A stretch of DNA of 64,000 bases from Candidatus Shapirobacteria bacterium (GTDB lineage Bacteria > Patescibacteriota > Microgenomatia > UBA12405): positions 64,513 through 128,512 of the forward strand of contig JBAZYN010000002.1 in NCBI GenBank assembly GCA_041659325.1, given 5' to 3'. The notes under the pieces are model-generated. The model had not been told where the DNA came from, made no database searches, and was given only the letters and a program-made list of their open reading frames with translations. The position numbers were made by a program, and so were the translations under genes. Every line of letters starts with the position of its first letter. Position 1 is the first letter of the stretch. Shown here piece after piece: positions 18,283 through 28,585 of the stretch.

Positions 18283-18723
18283 TTACTTCCCCCACTTTCT
18301 TGCTACTTCAAGTAGTTCCTCGCCTAACTTCTGAGCACTATCCCTGTACTCTTTTGCAATCCTTTCATCATTAACTGTCATAAGTAGGGCTTTTTTTAGA
18401 AAATTTCTGTGTTGACACCATGCATCTATAAATCTCCTTAATTTGGTTCCAACCTCGATATCGATGGCCTCGATTTGTGTAGCTCTAAACTTAATATGTT
18501 GTTCACTTGTTGCTCTTATCCTGAAACCCTTGTGCATACCCTCAATACAAAAAGAATTTACATCTTTTGCGGCTTGTATTTTTACAGCTCTTTTATGTTT
18601 TCTATTCTCAAAAAACTCATTAATCCAACCTTCACCGAATTTAGCAATCAAGGCAATAATAACTCCTCCTATTGCACCAAGAATGGCCGTAATTTTTGGA
18701 TTAGATAACAGCTCGTTTAATAT
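18283..18723 (-). CDS. hypothetical membrane-anchored protein (start uncertain)
   Basis: Frame stays open upstream of 18651 through a TM segment (ITAILGAIGGVIIAL); no ATG nearby, ATA lies 6 nt after TATAAT. Confidence 0.55.
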   Translation of the reverse strand: MLNELLSNPKITAILGAIGGVIIALIAKFGEGWINEFFENRKHKRAVKIQAAKDVNSFCIEGMHKGFRIRATSEQHIKFRATQIEAIDIEVGTKLRRFIDAWCQHRNFLKKALLMTVNDERIAKEYRDSAQKLGEELLEVARKWGK

Positions 18724-18778
18724 ATGAATATTATAGACCTTACTTATATTGGGTTGTTGCTAGATTGTATGGTATAGA

Positions 18779-18809
18779 CATAAAATAGGTTCTAACTGTT
18801 CAACGGTTT
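18779..18809 (+). repeat. cassette-boundary repeat 2
   Basis: cataaaataggttctaactgttcaacggttt. Confidence 0.85.
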
Positions 18810-18814
18810 ATCGT

Positions 18815-19738
18815 CTATTTTTCGGGGGGACAAAGTTCATCAAACATGTTTGAAAGTTGGTGAATTTTCACTCCCTCTCCGGTATCGTACCAATCAATTT
18901 TCGGAGCATTATAGTTTGGAATTTCAAAACTATTTAGCTTGTCGAGGTCTTCTTGCTCAATCTGAAAATCAAACGATGCCAGGTTTTCATCGACATGGTT
19001 TTTAGTGCTTGATTTGACCAGTGGGAAAAACCCTTTTGATACTACCCAATTAAGAATGATTTGATTTTGACTTTTGCCGTATTTTTGAGAGAGCTCGACT
19101 AATAAAGGCCAATTTCTTGATGCCGTCATATTCCTTCGCAAGGGCTGGTAGATAACATTGAGAATGTTATTTTGTTGAGCATAACCAGTCACGCCAAGTT
19201 TTTCATTTTCCCGAACTTCGAAATTAAAAGCACCTTCATGAGCAAATAGCTTGTCACCTAGTGCCTCATGGTATGTTTTTAGAAACTCTGGGCTGGAATT
19301 TGTCAGGCTAGTGAACCTAGTCTTACCTTCACCGATAAGTTTATCAATCATCGTTTTTATAGCTTCCAACCCTAAACCCCTGACAAGACCCATCGTAAAC
19401 TGAACACTGTCAATATGGTCTGTCCCAAGTGTACTCAAGAAATCATCTACACGATTCTCCGCCTCCTCAATAGTGCTGGCATCCTTCTGATACACAGATA
19501 GGGTTACAAAAATGTTATTTCTATCGACACCTGACTTTTTAACAGCTTGTGACAATAAATCAACAGCCTTGCCTTGAGCATACATATAGACTGTTTCGAC
19601 ATAATTTACGCCTTTGTTAAGGGTATAAGATAATGCGTCAATCTGACCTGAATCATCGTTATTAACGTCAGCCTCCATAAAGCCACCAATTCCCCAAGTA
19701 CCAATTCCCATTTTTGAAAAGTCACTTTTTGTTATCAT
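18815..19738 (-). CDS. aldo/keto reductase
   Basis: MGIGTWGIGG, YVETVYMYAQG, YQPL and VKSSTKNHVDENL motifs. Confidence 0.9.
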   Translation of the reverse strand: MITKSDFSKMGIGTWGIGGFMEADVNNDDSGQIDALSYTLNKGVNYVETVYMYAQGKAVDLLSQAVKKSGVDRNNIFVTLSVYQKDASTIEEAENRVDDFLSTLGTDHIDSVQFTMGLVRGLGLEAIKTMIDKLIGEGKTRFTSLTNSSPEFLKTYHEALGDKLFAHEGAFNFEVRENEKLGVTGYAQQNNILNVIYQPLRRNMTASRNWPLLVELSQKYGKSQNQIILNWVVSKGFFPLVKSSTKNHVDENLASFDFQIEQEDLDKLNSFEIPNYNAPKIDWYDTGEGVKIHQLSNMFDELCPPEK

Positions 19739-19806
19739 ATAGAACGATTATACTAAGTTGTTGACGATACTAGGGCAAATGAATCTAAATTGTGATCCGA
19801 AAGGTT

Positions 19807-19843
19807 CATAAAATAGGTTCTAACTGCGTAAATGGTTGCCCGG
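19807..19843 (+). repeat. cassette-boundary repeat 3
   Basis: cataaaataggttctaactgcgtaaatggttgcccgg. Confidence 0.9.
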
Positions 19844-19961
19844 TTGAGTTGATATTTTGTCTATGCGGAACCTAATGAAGGAGAAAAAGTCAGATATAGT
19901 TTGGTTTTGTAATCAATTACATAAGTATCTTGCTGTTTTTGGTTTATAATATGCGGGCAAG

Positions 19962-20660
19962 ATGGATTACCAAGAGGAATATATACATAAGCACCCTAGC
20001 TTACACCTAGAGCAGGCGCAGCTGAAAGCTAAACAAATATTGGATTTTTTAGGACCAATTAAAATTAATTCTTTATTAGATATTGGTTGCGGGTCTGGTG
20101 GAATAACAGAAATTTTAAAAGATTATCTTAAGCCTACTAAAGTGGTAGGCGTAGACATATCACAAACAATGATTCTGGCTGCCAGAGAGCGCGATAAAAT
20201 GAAACGGATAGAGTGGATATGCGAGGATATTCTTACATATCATTCCAAAACCAGATTTGACCTTGTGGTTGGTGTCGATATTCTAGAACACATAAGCGAT
20301 GACGTGGAATTACTAAAAATAATTCACCGACTGGGAAAAAAGGTGCTGATTAAAGTACCGATGGAGGATTCCTTTTTAGATAACCAAGTGATTCGGAAAC
20401 TAGGAATAAGTGACTCATGGAAAGAAAGCGAAAGAAAATATGGACATATTCACCACTACAATGAAAGACAACTACTAGAAATCTACAAGGGTGCTGGTTT
20501 TAGAATTATTAAATCGGGCTACATTCCCTTACCAAGAAGATCAAAGATGTTATACGAAGTCTTGAGAGTGTTATTCTTGCCGCTTGGATGGTTTTCAAAA
20601 AAAGCAGTAGCAAATTTTGTTGGTGGGTTTAAAATAGTATTAATGGAGCCGAGTAAATGA
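19962..20660 (+). CDS. class I SAM-dependent methyltransferase
   Basis: LLDIGCGSG, GVDIS, FDLVVGVDILEHI. Confidence 0.9.
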   Translation: MDYQEEYIHKHPSLHLEQAQLKAKQILDFLGPIKINSLLDIGCGSGGITEILKDYLKPTKVVGVDISQTMILAARERDKMKRIEWICEDILTYHSKTRFDLVVGVDILEHISDDVELLKIIHRLGKKVLIKVPMEDSFLDNQVIRKLGISDSWKESERKYGHIHHYNERQLLEIYKGAGFRIIKSGYIPLPRRSKMLYEVLRVLFLPLGWFSKKAVANFVGGFKIVLMEPSK

Positions 20661-21157
20661 AGAATATAGAGCCTAAAGTTACAGAATTCTTCGTCTTCGA
20701 TGGTAGAAAGATTCAATTAAGTTGGTTTTTGGGTTTGCCAGATCCATCTCTAAAAGTTAGTCAGGTAAGTGCTTATTGTATCTATATAAAAAAGTTAATA
20801 CTGGTGAAAAATAAGAGGGGTTGGGGTATACCGGGCGGACATCCGGAAGATCATGAAACATGTGAACAGGCACTGAAAAGAGAGTTGTATGAGGAGGTAG
20901 GTATTGAAAAGAATTTTCAATCCAAACTAATAGGTTGGATGAAAGTAGAAGACCCGGGAAATCCAGGCCTTGAGGGAAAAGTTAGTATTCAGCTGAGATA
21001 TGTAATAATATTAGATGAACTACCAGCATTTACTCCTAACCCAGAAATCTTCGAACGGAGGCTGGTAGATATTAATGATTTTGACAAGTATGTCAGTTGG
21101 GCTTCTAGCCCGACCGGAAGAGCGCAAATCAGCGCGTTAATTTTAAATTTGATATGA
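20657..21157 (+). CDS. NUDIX hydrolase
   Basis: WGIPGGHPEDHETCEQALKRELYEEVG. Confidence 0.9.
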   Translation: MKNIEPKVTEFFVFDGRKIQLSWFLGLPDPSLKVSQVSAYCIYIKKLILVKNKRGWGIPGGHPEDHETCEQALKRELYEEVGIEKNFQSKLIGWMKVEDPGNPGLEGKVSIQLRYVIILDELPAFTPNPEIFERRLVDINDFDKYVSWASSPTGRAQISALILNLI

Positions 21158-22266
21158 AAATAGCTATTTATCAACCAAGAATTAGTTATTATGTTGGCGG
21201 CGGCGAAGTCGTACCTTTAGAGATGGCAAAGTATTTTGCTAAACATAATCACGAAGTAACCATTGTCACGGCCCGCCACCCGGAGGGTGATTCTGAATAT
21301 TTCAGAGATTTTTTAAAGTTAAATTCTGCCATCAAAACAGTGTACCTTGATATTCCTCGTGCCTTAAAATGGATTTATAACGAAAAACCAGGGACCAACC
21401 AATTGAGATGGGACTACGAAGCAGTACACGCGGGGAGATTGGCTCAATCTTATTTTGAAAAAAATGATTTTGATATATTAAACGTACATTACCGCGTGGA
21501 TATTCTGGCTGCCAATATTCGTTATCCGACAGTTATGTTTTTACATGGTGTGCCGGCTGAAGCAGAATATTTTGATAAGGTTTGGTATTCATTTCCAAAC
21601 GTAAAATATATATCCGTTTCAAAGTACATTGGGGAAAAGTGGTCAAACTTGGTAGGAGGATTGGAATACGATGTCTTTACCAACGGTGTTGATACTTCTT
21701 ATTTCCATCCGATAGATATCATCAAAGATATAGATGTTCTATATTTCGGAAGATTAGTTCCGGTCAAAGGAGTAAGTTATCTGATTGAGGCGATAAAAAT
21801 CTTGGTTGGCAAAAACTATTCACCCAAGGTTGTCATTGCCGGAAAAGGTAACCAGAGAGAAGAGCTAGAAGAACAAATGAAGAAACTGCAATTATTAAAG
21901 TATATTGATTTTGTAGGATACGTACCACAGAATCAGGTTCTTGAGCTGTATAACCGCTCTAAATTACTGGCGGCTCCGTCTTTTGATAGAGAAGGCGTAT
22001 TAACAACAATGCTAGAGGCTGCTGCTTGCGGAGTACCGACAGTAACTACAAATAGCTGTAGTATGCCTGAGTTCATAACCCACACCGTGAACGGATTGTT
22101 AGCGGAACCACAAGACTCGATGTCTTTAGCATCAGAAATAGAGAAGATACTAAGTAATACAAGCTTTGCCAAAAGATTGGGTAAAGAAGCAAGAAAGAAA
22201 GCCGAGGCTTGGAATTGGGAAAACAAATCCAGAGAATTAGAGAAATATTTTGAAAATGCTAGGTGA
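21154..22266 (+). CDS. glycosyltransferase family 4
   Basis: GGGE, NGVD, FGRLVPVKG and EGVLTTMLEAAACG motifs. Confidence 0.92.
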   Translation: MKIAIYQPRISYYVGGGEVVPLEMAKYFAKHNHEVTIVTARHPEGDSEYFRDFLKLNSAIKTVYLDIPRALKWIYNEKPGTNQLRWDYEAVHAGRLAQSYFEKNDFDILNVHYRVDILAANIRYPTVMFLHGVPAEAEYFDKVWYSFPNVKYISVSKYIGEKWSNLVGGLEYDVFTNGVDTSYFHPIDIIKDIDVLYFGRLVPVKGVSYLIEAIKILVGKNYSPKVVIAGKGNQREELEEQMKKLQLLKYIDFVGYVPQNQVLELYNRSKLLAAPSFDREGVLTTMLEAAACGVPTVTTNSCSMPEFITHTVNGLLAEPQDSMSLASEIEKILSNTSFAKRLGKEARKKAEAWNWENKSRELEKYFENAR

Positions 22267-23131
22267 CAAGTTTTCATCATTAGTTTATTCCGGAGGGGTA
22301 ACGTTAAAAATCGTTTTTGATAATGGAGATTTAAGGGAACGGGTGCTAGGCAATTCATTTATACAAAAATATATCCCTGGGTTAAAAATTCTTACAGGTG
22401 AGGCAGCTGATGCGGCTATACACTTTGTGGATAAGGATATTTTTTTTCAATTCGATAGTTATCCAAAAATAATTATTGGAGCAAGGGACTTGTCGGAAAA
22501 AGATATCATTTCTCTAGTTGAATTAGCACTTGAGCGAGCCAGACAAGAAAGATGTGTATATTGTATTCATTCGGCGGCGGCGGTATTCAAAAACCGAGTA
22601 GTAGTCTTTTGGGGCGGAGCGTCAGGTATGGGTAAAACAAGACTGGCTCAAGAGTTGACTAAACAGGGAGGAGATTTTTACTCTGATGAAAAAACGCTGA
22701 TAGATCTAAATACAATGGAAGCGATGGGGGGTATTGCTTTTCAATTTCTTGACAAAGCATACTGGAGAGAGAAAAGAACAAGCATTAACTCTGATTCCTA
22801 TTATAAGGTTGAGTGCAACTTTGCCACTCCCCTCCCTCTGGGATTATTTGTCTATGGTTTTGCAATTGACGGCGCAATAGAAAGTGCCGAGAAGTGGACC
22901 GCAGAAAAATTTGAATGGCACCTGTACGAAGAGTTGGGGAGGAAGATCAGAGCCATATCCAGGAGAGTAAAGAATGGCAGTGTGTCCGTGCCATCTTTGG
23001 ATACTCAAAAAAACGCTGATAGACGGATCCAATACGTGCGGAGACTGACAACAAACATTCCGTGCTACTCTATTCAGGGATCAGACGAAAGTATAATAAA
23101 ATACATTAAAAAGCTAGAATTATGGAAATAA
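22256..23131 (+). CDS. HPr-kinase-like P-loop kinase
   Basis: IHSAAAV...GGASGMGKT...FYSDE. Confidence 0.7.
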   Translation: MLGDKFSSLVYSGGVTLKIVFDNGDLRERVLGNSFIQKYIPGLKILTGEAADAAIHFVDKDIFFQFDSYPKIIIGARDLSEKDIISLVELALERARQERCVYCIHSAAAVFKNRVVVFWGGASGMGKTRLAQELTKQGGDFYSDEKTLIDLNTMEAMGGIAFQFLDKAYWREKRTSINSDSYYKVECNFATPLPLGLFVYGFAIDGAIESAEKWTAEKFEWHLYEELGRKIRAISRRVKNGSVSVPSLDTQKNADRRIQYVRRLTTNIPCYSIQGSDESIIKYIKKLELWK

Positions 23132-23766
23132 GACCCGATGATTTTTCTAACCGGTTTAGTGATATGAAAAGATTCTGTGAACCGTCTTTATCGCCAGAGG
23201 AGATAGGGAATTGTATTGGGATGGTCTTGTTTAAACCGGATGCCACCAAGTCACTTCTTGATTTGCCTATTATGGAATATATTGAAAGAGAACTGGAAGA
23301 ATCCACGGGGCAAACAGTAGGGCTGTTTGCTTTTTGCCTGAAAAAAGTAAAGCCAGGGGAGGTGCGGAAGCTATATCCAGAAGAAAGAAATGAACAATAT
23401 TTAAAATATATCCAAGATCATTTTAGTGGTGGCGATGTCTACGTGGTGCTGGTAGCGGCGAGAAATGCGCCCGAATCATTGAATAGAATTAAAGGTAGTA
23501 TTAGGACTGGCAGCGGGATAAGGGGAAATTTTTGCCAGAATGCTCCTATTGGTGAAGAAAGCATGGACGACTGGAAGGCCGGTAAGTTAGATCCCGATAC
23601 GACTAGAAGAATTGGCATAGAACTTTTTGCTGCTAATTTGGTGCATGTCCCAGACGACAGAGAAGGCACTATTAGGGCAATAGAATTATTGTATCCTCCT
23701 AAAGAAATTGATAAAATGAGGGCATCCATTCCGATATTTGCTAAATGGTTGGAATATGAACAGTAA
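23122..23766 (+). CDS. divergent nucleoside-diphosphate kinase family protein
   Basis: VLFKPDA, GIRG and NLVHVPD motifs. Confidence 0.8.
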   Translation: MEIRPDDFSNRFSDMKRFCEPSLSPEEIGNCIGMVLFKPDATKSLLDLPIMEYIERELEESTGQTVGLFAFCLKKVKPGEVRKLYPEERNEQYLKYIQDHFSGGDVYVVLVAARNAPESLNRIKGSIRTGSGIRGNFCQNAPIGEESMDDWKAGKLDPDTTRRIGIELFAANLVHVPDDREGTIRAIELLYPPKEIDKMRASIPIFAKWLEYEQ

Positions 23767-24253
23767 TACAAAAATAGTAACCGTGGTTAGAGCGGTGTTT
23801 AGGCTCGAAAACCAATACTTGGTGGTAGAACAAATAAATGCATCGGGTAATACTTATTTATTGTTTCCCGGGGGACATGCCGATCCAGGAGAATCACTAG
23901 TTACAGCGATCAAACGGGAAGTGGCGGAGGAACTAAATGTCGAAAAGTGTATTCCCAAAAAGATTATTTTTGTCAAAGAGACGCTAACTCCATTTGATCG
24001 AACTTTTGAGTATTTCTTTGAGTGTGAACCAAGTATGTATATTACAGATATAAGAGTTAAACAGAAAGAATATACTGGATATGAAGGTATTAAACGATGT
24101 CTATGGAAAAGTGCAATAGATTTGGAAACAGACAATAAATTTTTCCCTAAACACTTCTTTTCCAAGGATAATTATCAATATTTGGAGCTAAACATAGATC
24201 AATACAAAGATTTGTATGGTAATGATAGAAATATTAAAGCTTTATACATATGA
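23756..24253 (+). CDS. NUDIX hydrolase
   Basis: FPGGHADPGESLVTAIKREVAEELN. Confidence 0.9.
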   Translation: MNSNTKIVTVVRAVFRLENQYLVVEQINASGNTYLLFPGGHADPGESLVTAIKREVAEELNVEKCIPKKIIFVKETLTPFDRTFEYFFECEPSMYITDIRVKQKEYTGYEGIKRCLWKSAIDLETDNKFFPKHFFSKDNYQYLELNIDQYKDLYGNDRNIKALYI

Positions 24254-25827
24254 GAACCCAAGACGGTACTGACCAAATAATCAGAGATATTTGTCCTTTC
24301 AGTGATAATGAACAGGTAAAAGGATTGCTAAAAGACTTAGCCAGTGAATTCGGCTTCCCCAGAACAAAAAGGGTTTTAACTCTGTATTTTGATAACGATG
24401 TGCGATTAAGATGTGATGAAAATGATGTATTTTTGGGTCAAAAGATAAAAGCGAAATCAATGGAAACATATAGAGAAGCCAAAATGAAGTCGAAGTATAT
24501 TGGCTTGGTCATTGGTATGTTGTCGACAATGGGGCTAAAAAAAGCGGCTATAAGCAACGTAATAGAGATGACTTTTGTAGATGAGGAGAATTTTAAATTG
24601 GTTTACCTGGGTGACACTTTAATTTCCAAACATCAATTTGAGATTTCGTTATTGGGGATAGCTAAATATAAATCTAAAGTTTTAGACAAAATACTAAAAA
24701 ACAAATTGGGGTATTCGGACTTGGTGGAGAAGACAGCAAATATTGCCACAGAACAGATTATCGATGAAATGGGGGTGTTAAATGACAAAATTATTAGTTT
24801 CTGCAAAGAAACAAACTTGAGTCTTGGTCAAACAACCAACACCTCCTATTATTATCAGATATGCTCTGTTTCAAATGATTACTCCGGACTAGCGGAATTT
24901 TTTAAATTAATTACTGGCCATGAAATATGTGATCCGAATCCGTCTCCAGTAAATTTTATCCAAAGGCTACCTTCTGTTTCTGTAATAATTCCCGCTTATA
25001 ATCTGAGTGAGTCAGTCTTGAAAACCCTAAAGTCCCTTGAAAGACAGGACCATGAAATTAACTACGAAGTAATAATTGTAGACGATTGTTCGAAAAAACC
25101 AATTACAGAACAATTAATTCAAGTCCAGGGTGAATTGTTGCATCGACCGATAATAATTAGAAAAGAAAAAAATACCGGTAGTGCTCAAGCGAGGAATGTG
25201 GGTGCTTCTGTGGCTTCAAATGACATCCTATTGTTCGTTGACGGGGATGTGGTGTTGACTCCAAACTATTTATATGAACACCTAATCAGACATAAATTGT
25301 TCAACAAGTCCGTCCTGGTAAGCTTTAAAGAAAACGTAAATTTCGATGACCCAAGAATATCTTATGAGGCCATCCAGCAAGGTGTGCTTTTGCCAAATTA
25401 TCAAAACGATCTACGAGTGACTAAATACATTGATAAGGACACTATGGGCTATTACCCCAGTAATTATATGGAGAGAGGAGACATTTTTTCAATATTATCT
25501 GAGACTAATTATTTTAAAACTTTAAGCTATGGCAGGAGAATAGGTAACTACGATTTACCATCGATGGTAATTGGCCACAACTTTTCTATACCCAACAGCT
25601 TCTTTCGGGCAATAGGTGGTTTTGATAATAAGCTAATTGGATATGGGCTAGAAGATACTTTTTTGGGTATGGTAGCCGTCGCTGCAGGCGCGTTTATAGT
25701 ACCGGTATTGGCTTGTGGCGTGTATCATATCGATCACCCAACCAGACGAGGTGATTTAAATAAGTTAAGACAGGAATTCAGAGAAAATTCTGAAATTATC
25801 GAAAACTTTTTATCTACAAGTGAATAA
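24250..25827 (+). CDS. glycosyltransferase family 2 with ~240 aa N-terminal extra domain (possibly CYTH-like)
   Basis: SVIIPAYN, IIVDDCS, ARNVGA, FVDGD, GGFD...YGLEDT; N-terminal LYFD..VRLR...K is reminiscent of CYTH. Confidence 0.85.
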   Translation: MRTQDGTDQIIRDICPFSDNEQVKGLLKDLASEFGFPRTKRVLTLYFDNDVRLRCDENDVFLGQKIKAKSMETYREAKMKSKYIGLVIGMLSTMGLKKAAISNVIEMTFVDEENFKLVYLGDTLISKHQFEISLLGIAKYKSKVLDKILKNKLGYSDLVEKTANIATEQIIDEMGVLNDKIISFCKETNLSLGQTTNTSYYYQICSVSNDYSGLAEFFKLITGHEICDPNPSPVNFIQRLPSVSVIIPAYNLSESVLKTLKSLERQDHEINYEVIIVDDCSKKPITEQLIQVQGELLHRPIIIRKEKNTGSAQARNVGASVASNDILLFVDGDVVLTPNYLYEHLIRHKLFNKSVLVSFKENVNFDDPRISYEAIQQGVLLPNYQNDLRVTKYIDKDTMGYYPSNYMERGDIFSILSETNYFKTLSYGRRIGNYDLPSMVIGHNFSIPNSFFRAIGGFDNKLIGYGLEDTFLGMVAVAAGAFIVPVLACGVYHIDHPTRRGDLNKLRQEFRENSEIIENFLSTSE

Positions 25828-26516
25828 TGAATACACTGTTTTTGGATTTTGCGGAAACTTTGGGCTATCGTAATATTTCAGAATTTGAGAGTGATTTAAA
25901 GATAATAAGCAAATATGCAGAACTTGATCCCGGATTAATTAGCAAAAAATATAAAGGCTATCTAAGGATCAGCCAATTTTACGATAGGTCTTTGAGCTTT
26001 AAGGACTTTAAAGCCGAACTGGAATTTACAACTAAACACTTTAGTCGCTTTTTGACTAAAGAGTTAGACATTCCTAATGGGGAATTTATAGGTGAAAAAA
26101 TTGCAACTGATAAGTACCAAACACTTACCCATAGTTTTTTCCCTGAAGTAGGTGATGCTCTGACGCATTATGCGAAAGATAGTCAAATTTACATCCTATC
26201 GGATGGTAGACCGAGTAGGCGGAATACTTTGGATTTGCTAGGTTTAAACCAATTTTGTAAAGGGTATTTTATCTCCGACGAGGTCGGTTTTGTCAAAAGT
26301 GATACTGGTTTTTATAACAAAGTATTACAAAAAATAGGCATAAAAGGTAAGGTCTATTTTATAGATGATGCAATAGATAACCTTAATGCATTTTGTAAGG
26401 TATTGAGAGTCGAATGTATATTAATGGACAGAAAACATCTTCTAGATAAAAAGGGGTTAAAATATTTGGTGTTGGATAGCTTGCCATCACTGCTATATCT
26501 AAATGAAAGAAACTAG
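25827..26516 (+). CDS. HAD-family hydrolase
   Basis: LFLDFAETL, ILSDG, SDEVGFVK, FIDDAIDN. Confidence 0.85.
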   Translation: MNTLFLDFAETLGYRNISEFESDLKIISKYAELDPGLISKKYKGYLRISQFYDRSLSFKDFKAELEFTTKHFSRFLTKELDIPNGEFIGEKIATDKYQTLTHSFFPEVGDALTHYAKDSQIYILSDGRPSRRNTLDLLGLNQFCKGYFISDEVGFVKSDTGFYNKVLQKIGIKGKVYFIDDAIDNLNAFCKVLRVECILMDRKHLLDKKGLKYLVLDSLPSLLYLNERN

Positions 26517-27039
26517 TTCCGGTCAACCGGAGATGGTTGAGTGGAGAGGGAAAAGATATTTATATCAATGGATAGAGGGTGGGAATGAACATTTGTTTGA
26601 ACCCCGAACTTTAGTCCATATTATATGTTTTGACAACTTTGGTAATGTTTTGATACAACACGAGAACGATGAATGGCGGTTTCCCGGAGGAGGAAGTGAG
26701 GAAAATGAATCACTCGAGGCTACAGTAACCAGAGAAGCCATAGAGGAAACTGGTATTGTGCCCGCAGAGATTCAGCTACTCGGTGCTTTTAAGGTCCAAA
26801 AATTGTCAGCAGTGGAAAGCCCATATTTTCAACTATGCGCATTTTGTAGAGCAGGTGAGAGACGGGAACGAATACCTTCCTCAGAAAATGCGGAGATCGA
26901 TGAGGTAAGGTTCGTGTCACCTGTGGAAATTCCAGAATATATCAAATGGGGGAAGCACGGAGCAGAGATGTTTGATACTGCATGGTCACATTTTAGGTCA
27001 CTGCCGGAAATGACTAAAGAAATAGTTGGGCCACATTAG
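26503..27039 (+). CDS. NUDIX hydrolase
   Basis: WRFPGGGSEENESLEATVTREAIEETG. Confidence 0.9.
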   Translation: MKETSSGQPEMVEWRGKRYLYQWIEGGNEHLFEPRTLVHIICFDNFGNVLIQHENDEWRFPGGGSEENESLEATVTREAIEETGIVPAEIQLLGAFKVQKLSAVESPYFQLCAFCRAGERRERIPSSENAEIDEVRFVSPVEIPEYIKWGKHGAEMFDTAWSHFRSLPEMTKEIVGPH

Positions 27040-27052
27040 CAGCTGACAGTTG

Positions 27053-27118
27053 TATAAAACAGGTTCTAACTTGCGTCAATGGTTGCTCGCCTACGCTCGC
27101 TGAAGCACGCTTCGGCGG
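27053..27118 (+). repeat. cassette-boundary repeat 4 followed by a REP-like palindrome
   Basis: tataaaacaggttctaacttgcgtcaatggttgct, then cgcctacgc...gcttcggcg hairpin. Confidence 0.85.
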
Positions 27119-27231
27119 ATAAATCTGCTTAATGCCGGACATTGTATAATTGGCCATGAATTATAGACGTTTTTTGAGACCCGGTAACAGAACATTAGTG
27201 AAGTTGTTTTATAAAAATAAAGTAGTCAAAA

Positions 27232-27513
27232 ATGATAAATAAGGAACAGATAGACTGGCTGAACAATAATCAAGGATTAGTTGCCGTAATTCTTTTTCTT
27301 ATGACATTGGTAATCGCCTGGATTTCAGGACTTTTCAAATGGCTTTTTGGGAGAAATGATAGAAAAAATCCATACATAAGTGTTGGTGGAGATATCAAGA
27401 CGGGAGGTAATATTTCAGTTGGCAACAAAACATTCAATCAAAAAGGGGGCAAAAATAGTAAGAATATTCAGGGCGAGAATATTACAGTAAACAAATATGG
27501 CAAAGATAAGTAA
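27232..27513 (+). CDS. small TM protein with G/N/Q-rich C-terminal tail
   Basis: Single TM, then SVGGDIKTGGNISVGNKTFNQKGGKNSKNIQGENITVN. Confidence 0.7.
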   Translation: MINKEQIDWLNNNQGLVAVILFLMTLVIAWISGLFKWLFGRNDRKNPYISVGGDIKTGGNISVGNKTFNQKGGKNSKNIQGENITVNKYGKDK

Positions 27514-28552
27514 CCAAAAATCAGGTGATGAGTCGACAAATCTACAAGCCGGTAGAGATATTACTGTTAATAACCACAAAGTTGCCCTCTTTTCGATTGA
27601 AGAGGTAGCCAAGCAACTTATGAGCTCTGTTTTTAACGAACTACCAGATCAAACAAAAAGACAAATAGAAAAAAATCAAAAATCATACTTTCGGACTCTT
27701 TCAGAAAACCTAGGAAAAATAATAAAACAAAATAATGATTTAAAAAAGATTATTGATTCTCCCGACTTTCAATATATTTCTAAAACTGCATCAATTTCTG
27801 CAAGCCGGTCGTCTTCTTTGGAATTACACAACAATTTGTCATCGTTAATTATTCAAAGAATAAACAACGACGATGATGACTTGAAAAGAATTGTTTTTAA
27901 TGAGGCAATTGCTACCATCGGCAAACTGACGACAAATCAACTAAAAATTATTACCCTGTGCTATTTATTGAACTATACATTAGACGGGAGAATAGTTTCT
28001 TGGGAAGCATATAATAATTATTTAGACTCACACATAAAGCCATTTTTGGATTTTAAGGATACAGAAATAGAATTTCAACACATTGAATATGCGGGGTGCG
28101 GAAGTATTGGAATTGGGAGTTCGGATATCCTGAATAGTTACCGAAAGCGGTACTCATTTTTGTTTTTAAATTTAATTGAGAAACGGCAAATTGACCGCCT
28201 TGGTCTTAAAGATGAAATCAAAAAGGAACTAGTTACTTTGGACCCGAAAGAAGACAAATATCTTATCAGATTTATAAATAAAATCGAGGTAGAAGCCTAT
28301 TTAAAAGAGATGAAAATTGACAAGGAGCTTGCAAAAAAATTAGTAACTATTTATGAGGGTCATATAAAAAATAGCATAGAAATAAAAAAGAAAATAGTCG
28401 ACGAAACAAACACCGGCAAAGAATTGTTAGAGTTGTGGGAGAAATCAAATCTCAAACACTTATTTTTGACATCTGTCGGAATTGCAATCGGGGCTAGTTA
28501 TTTTGAACAAATAATTGGCGAAAAAATAGATATTGGTATGTGGATAAATTAA
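27497..28552 (+). CDS. LPO_1073/Vpar_1526-like protein
   Basis: N-terminal QKSGDESTNLQAGRDITVN; SPDFQY, IVFNEAI..IGKLT, FQHIEYAGCG and LTSVGIAIG motifs (family recalled from memory). Confidence 0.7.
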   Translation: MAKISNQKSGDESTNLQAGRDITVNNHKVALFSIEEVAKQLMSSVFNELPDQTKRQIEKNQKSYFRTLSENLGKIIKQNNDLKKIIDSPDFQYISKTASISASRSSSLELHNNLSSLIIQRINNDDDDLKRIVFNEAIATIGKLTTNQLKIITLCYLLNYTLDGRIVSWEAYNNYLDSHIKPFLDFKDTEIEFQHIEYAGCGSIGIGSSDILNSYRKRYSFLFLNLIEKRQIDRLGLKDEIKKELVTLDPKEDKYLIRFINKIEVEAYLKEMKIDKELAKKLVTIYEGHIKNSIEIKKKIVDETNTGKELLELWEKSNLKHLFLTSVGIAIGASYFEQIIGEKIDIGMWIN

Positions 28553-28585
28553 AATTGAAGAATCTGCCGTAAAAATTATACCGTC

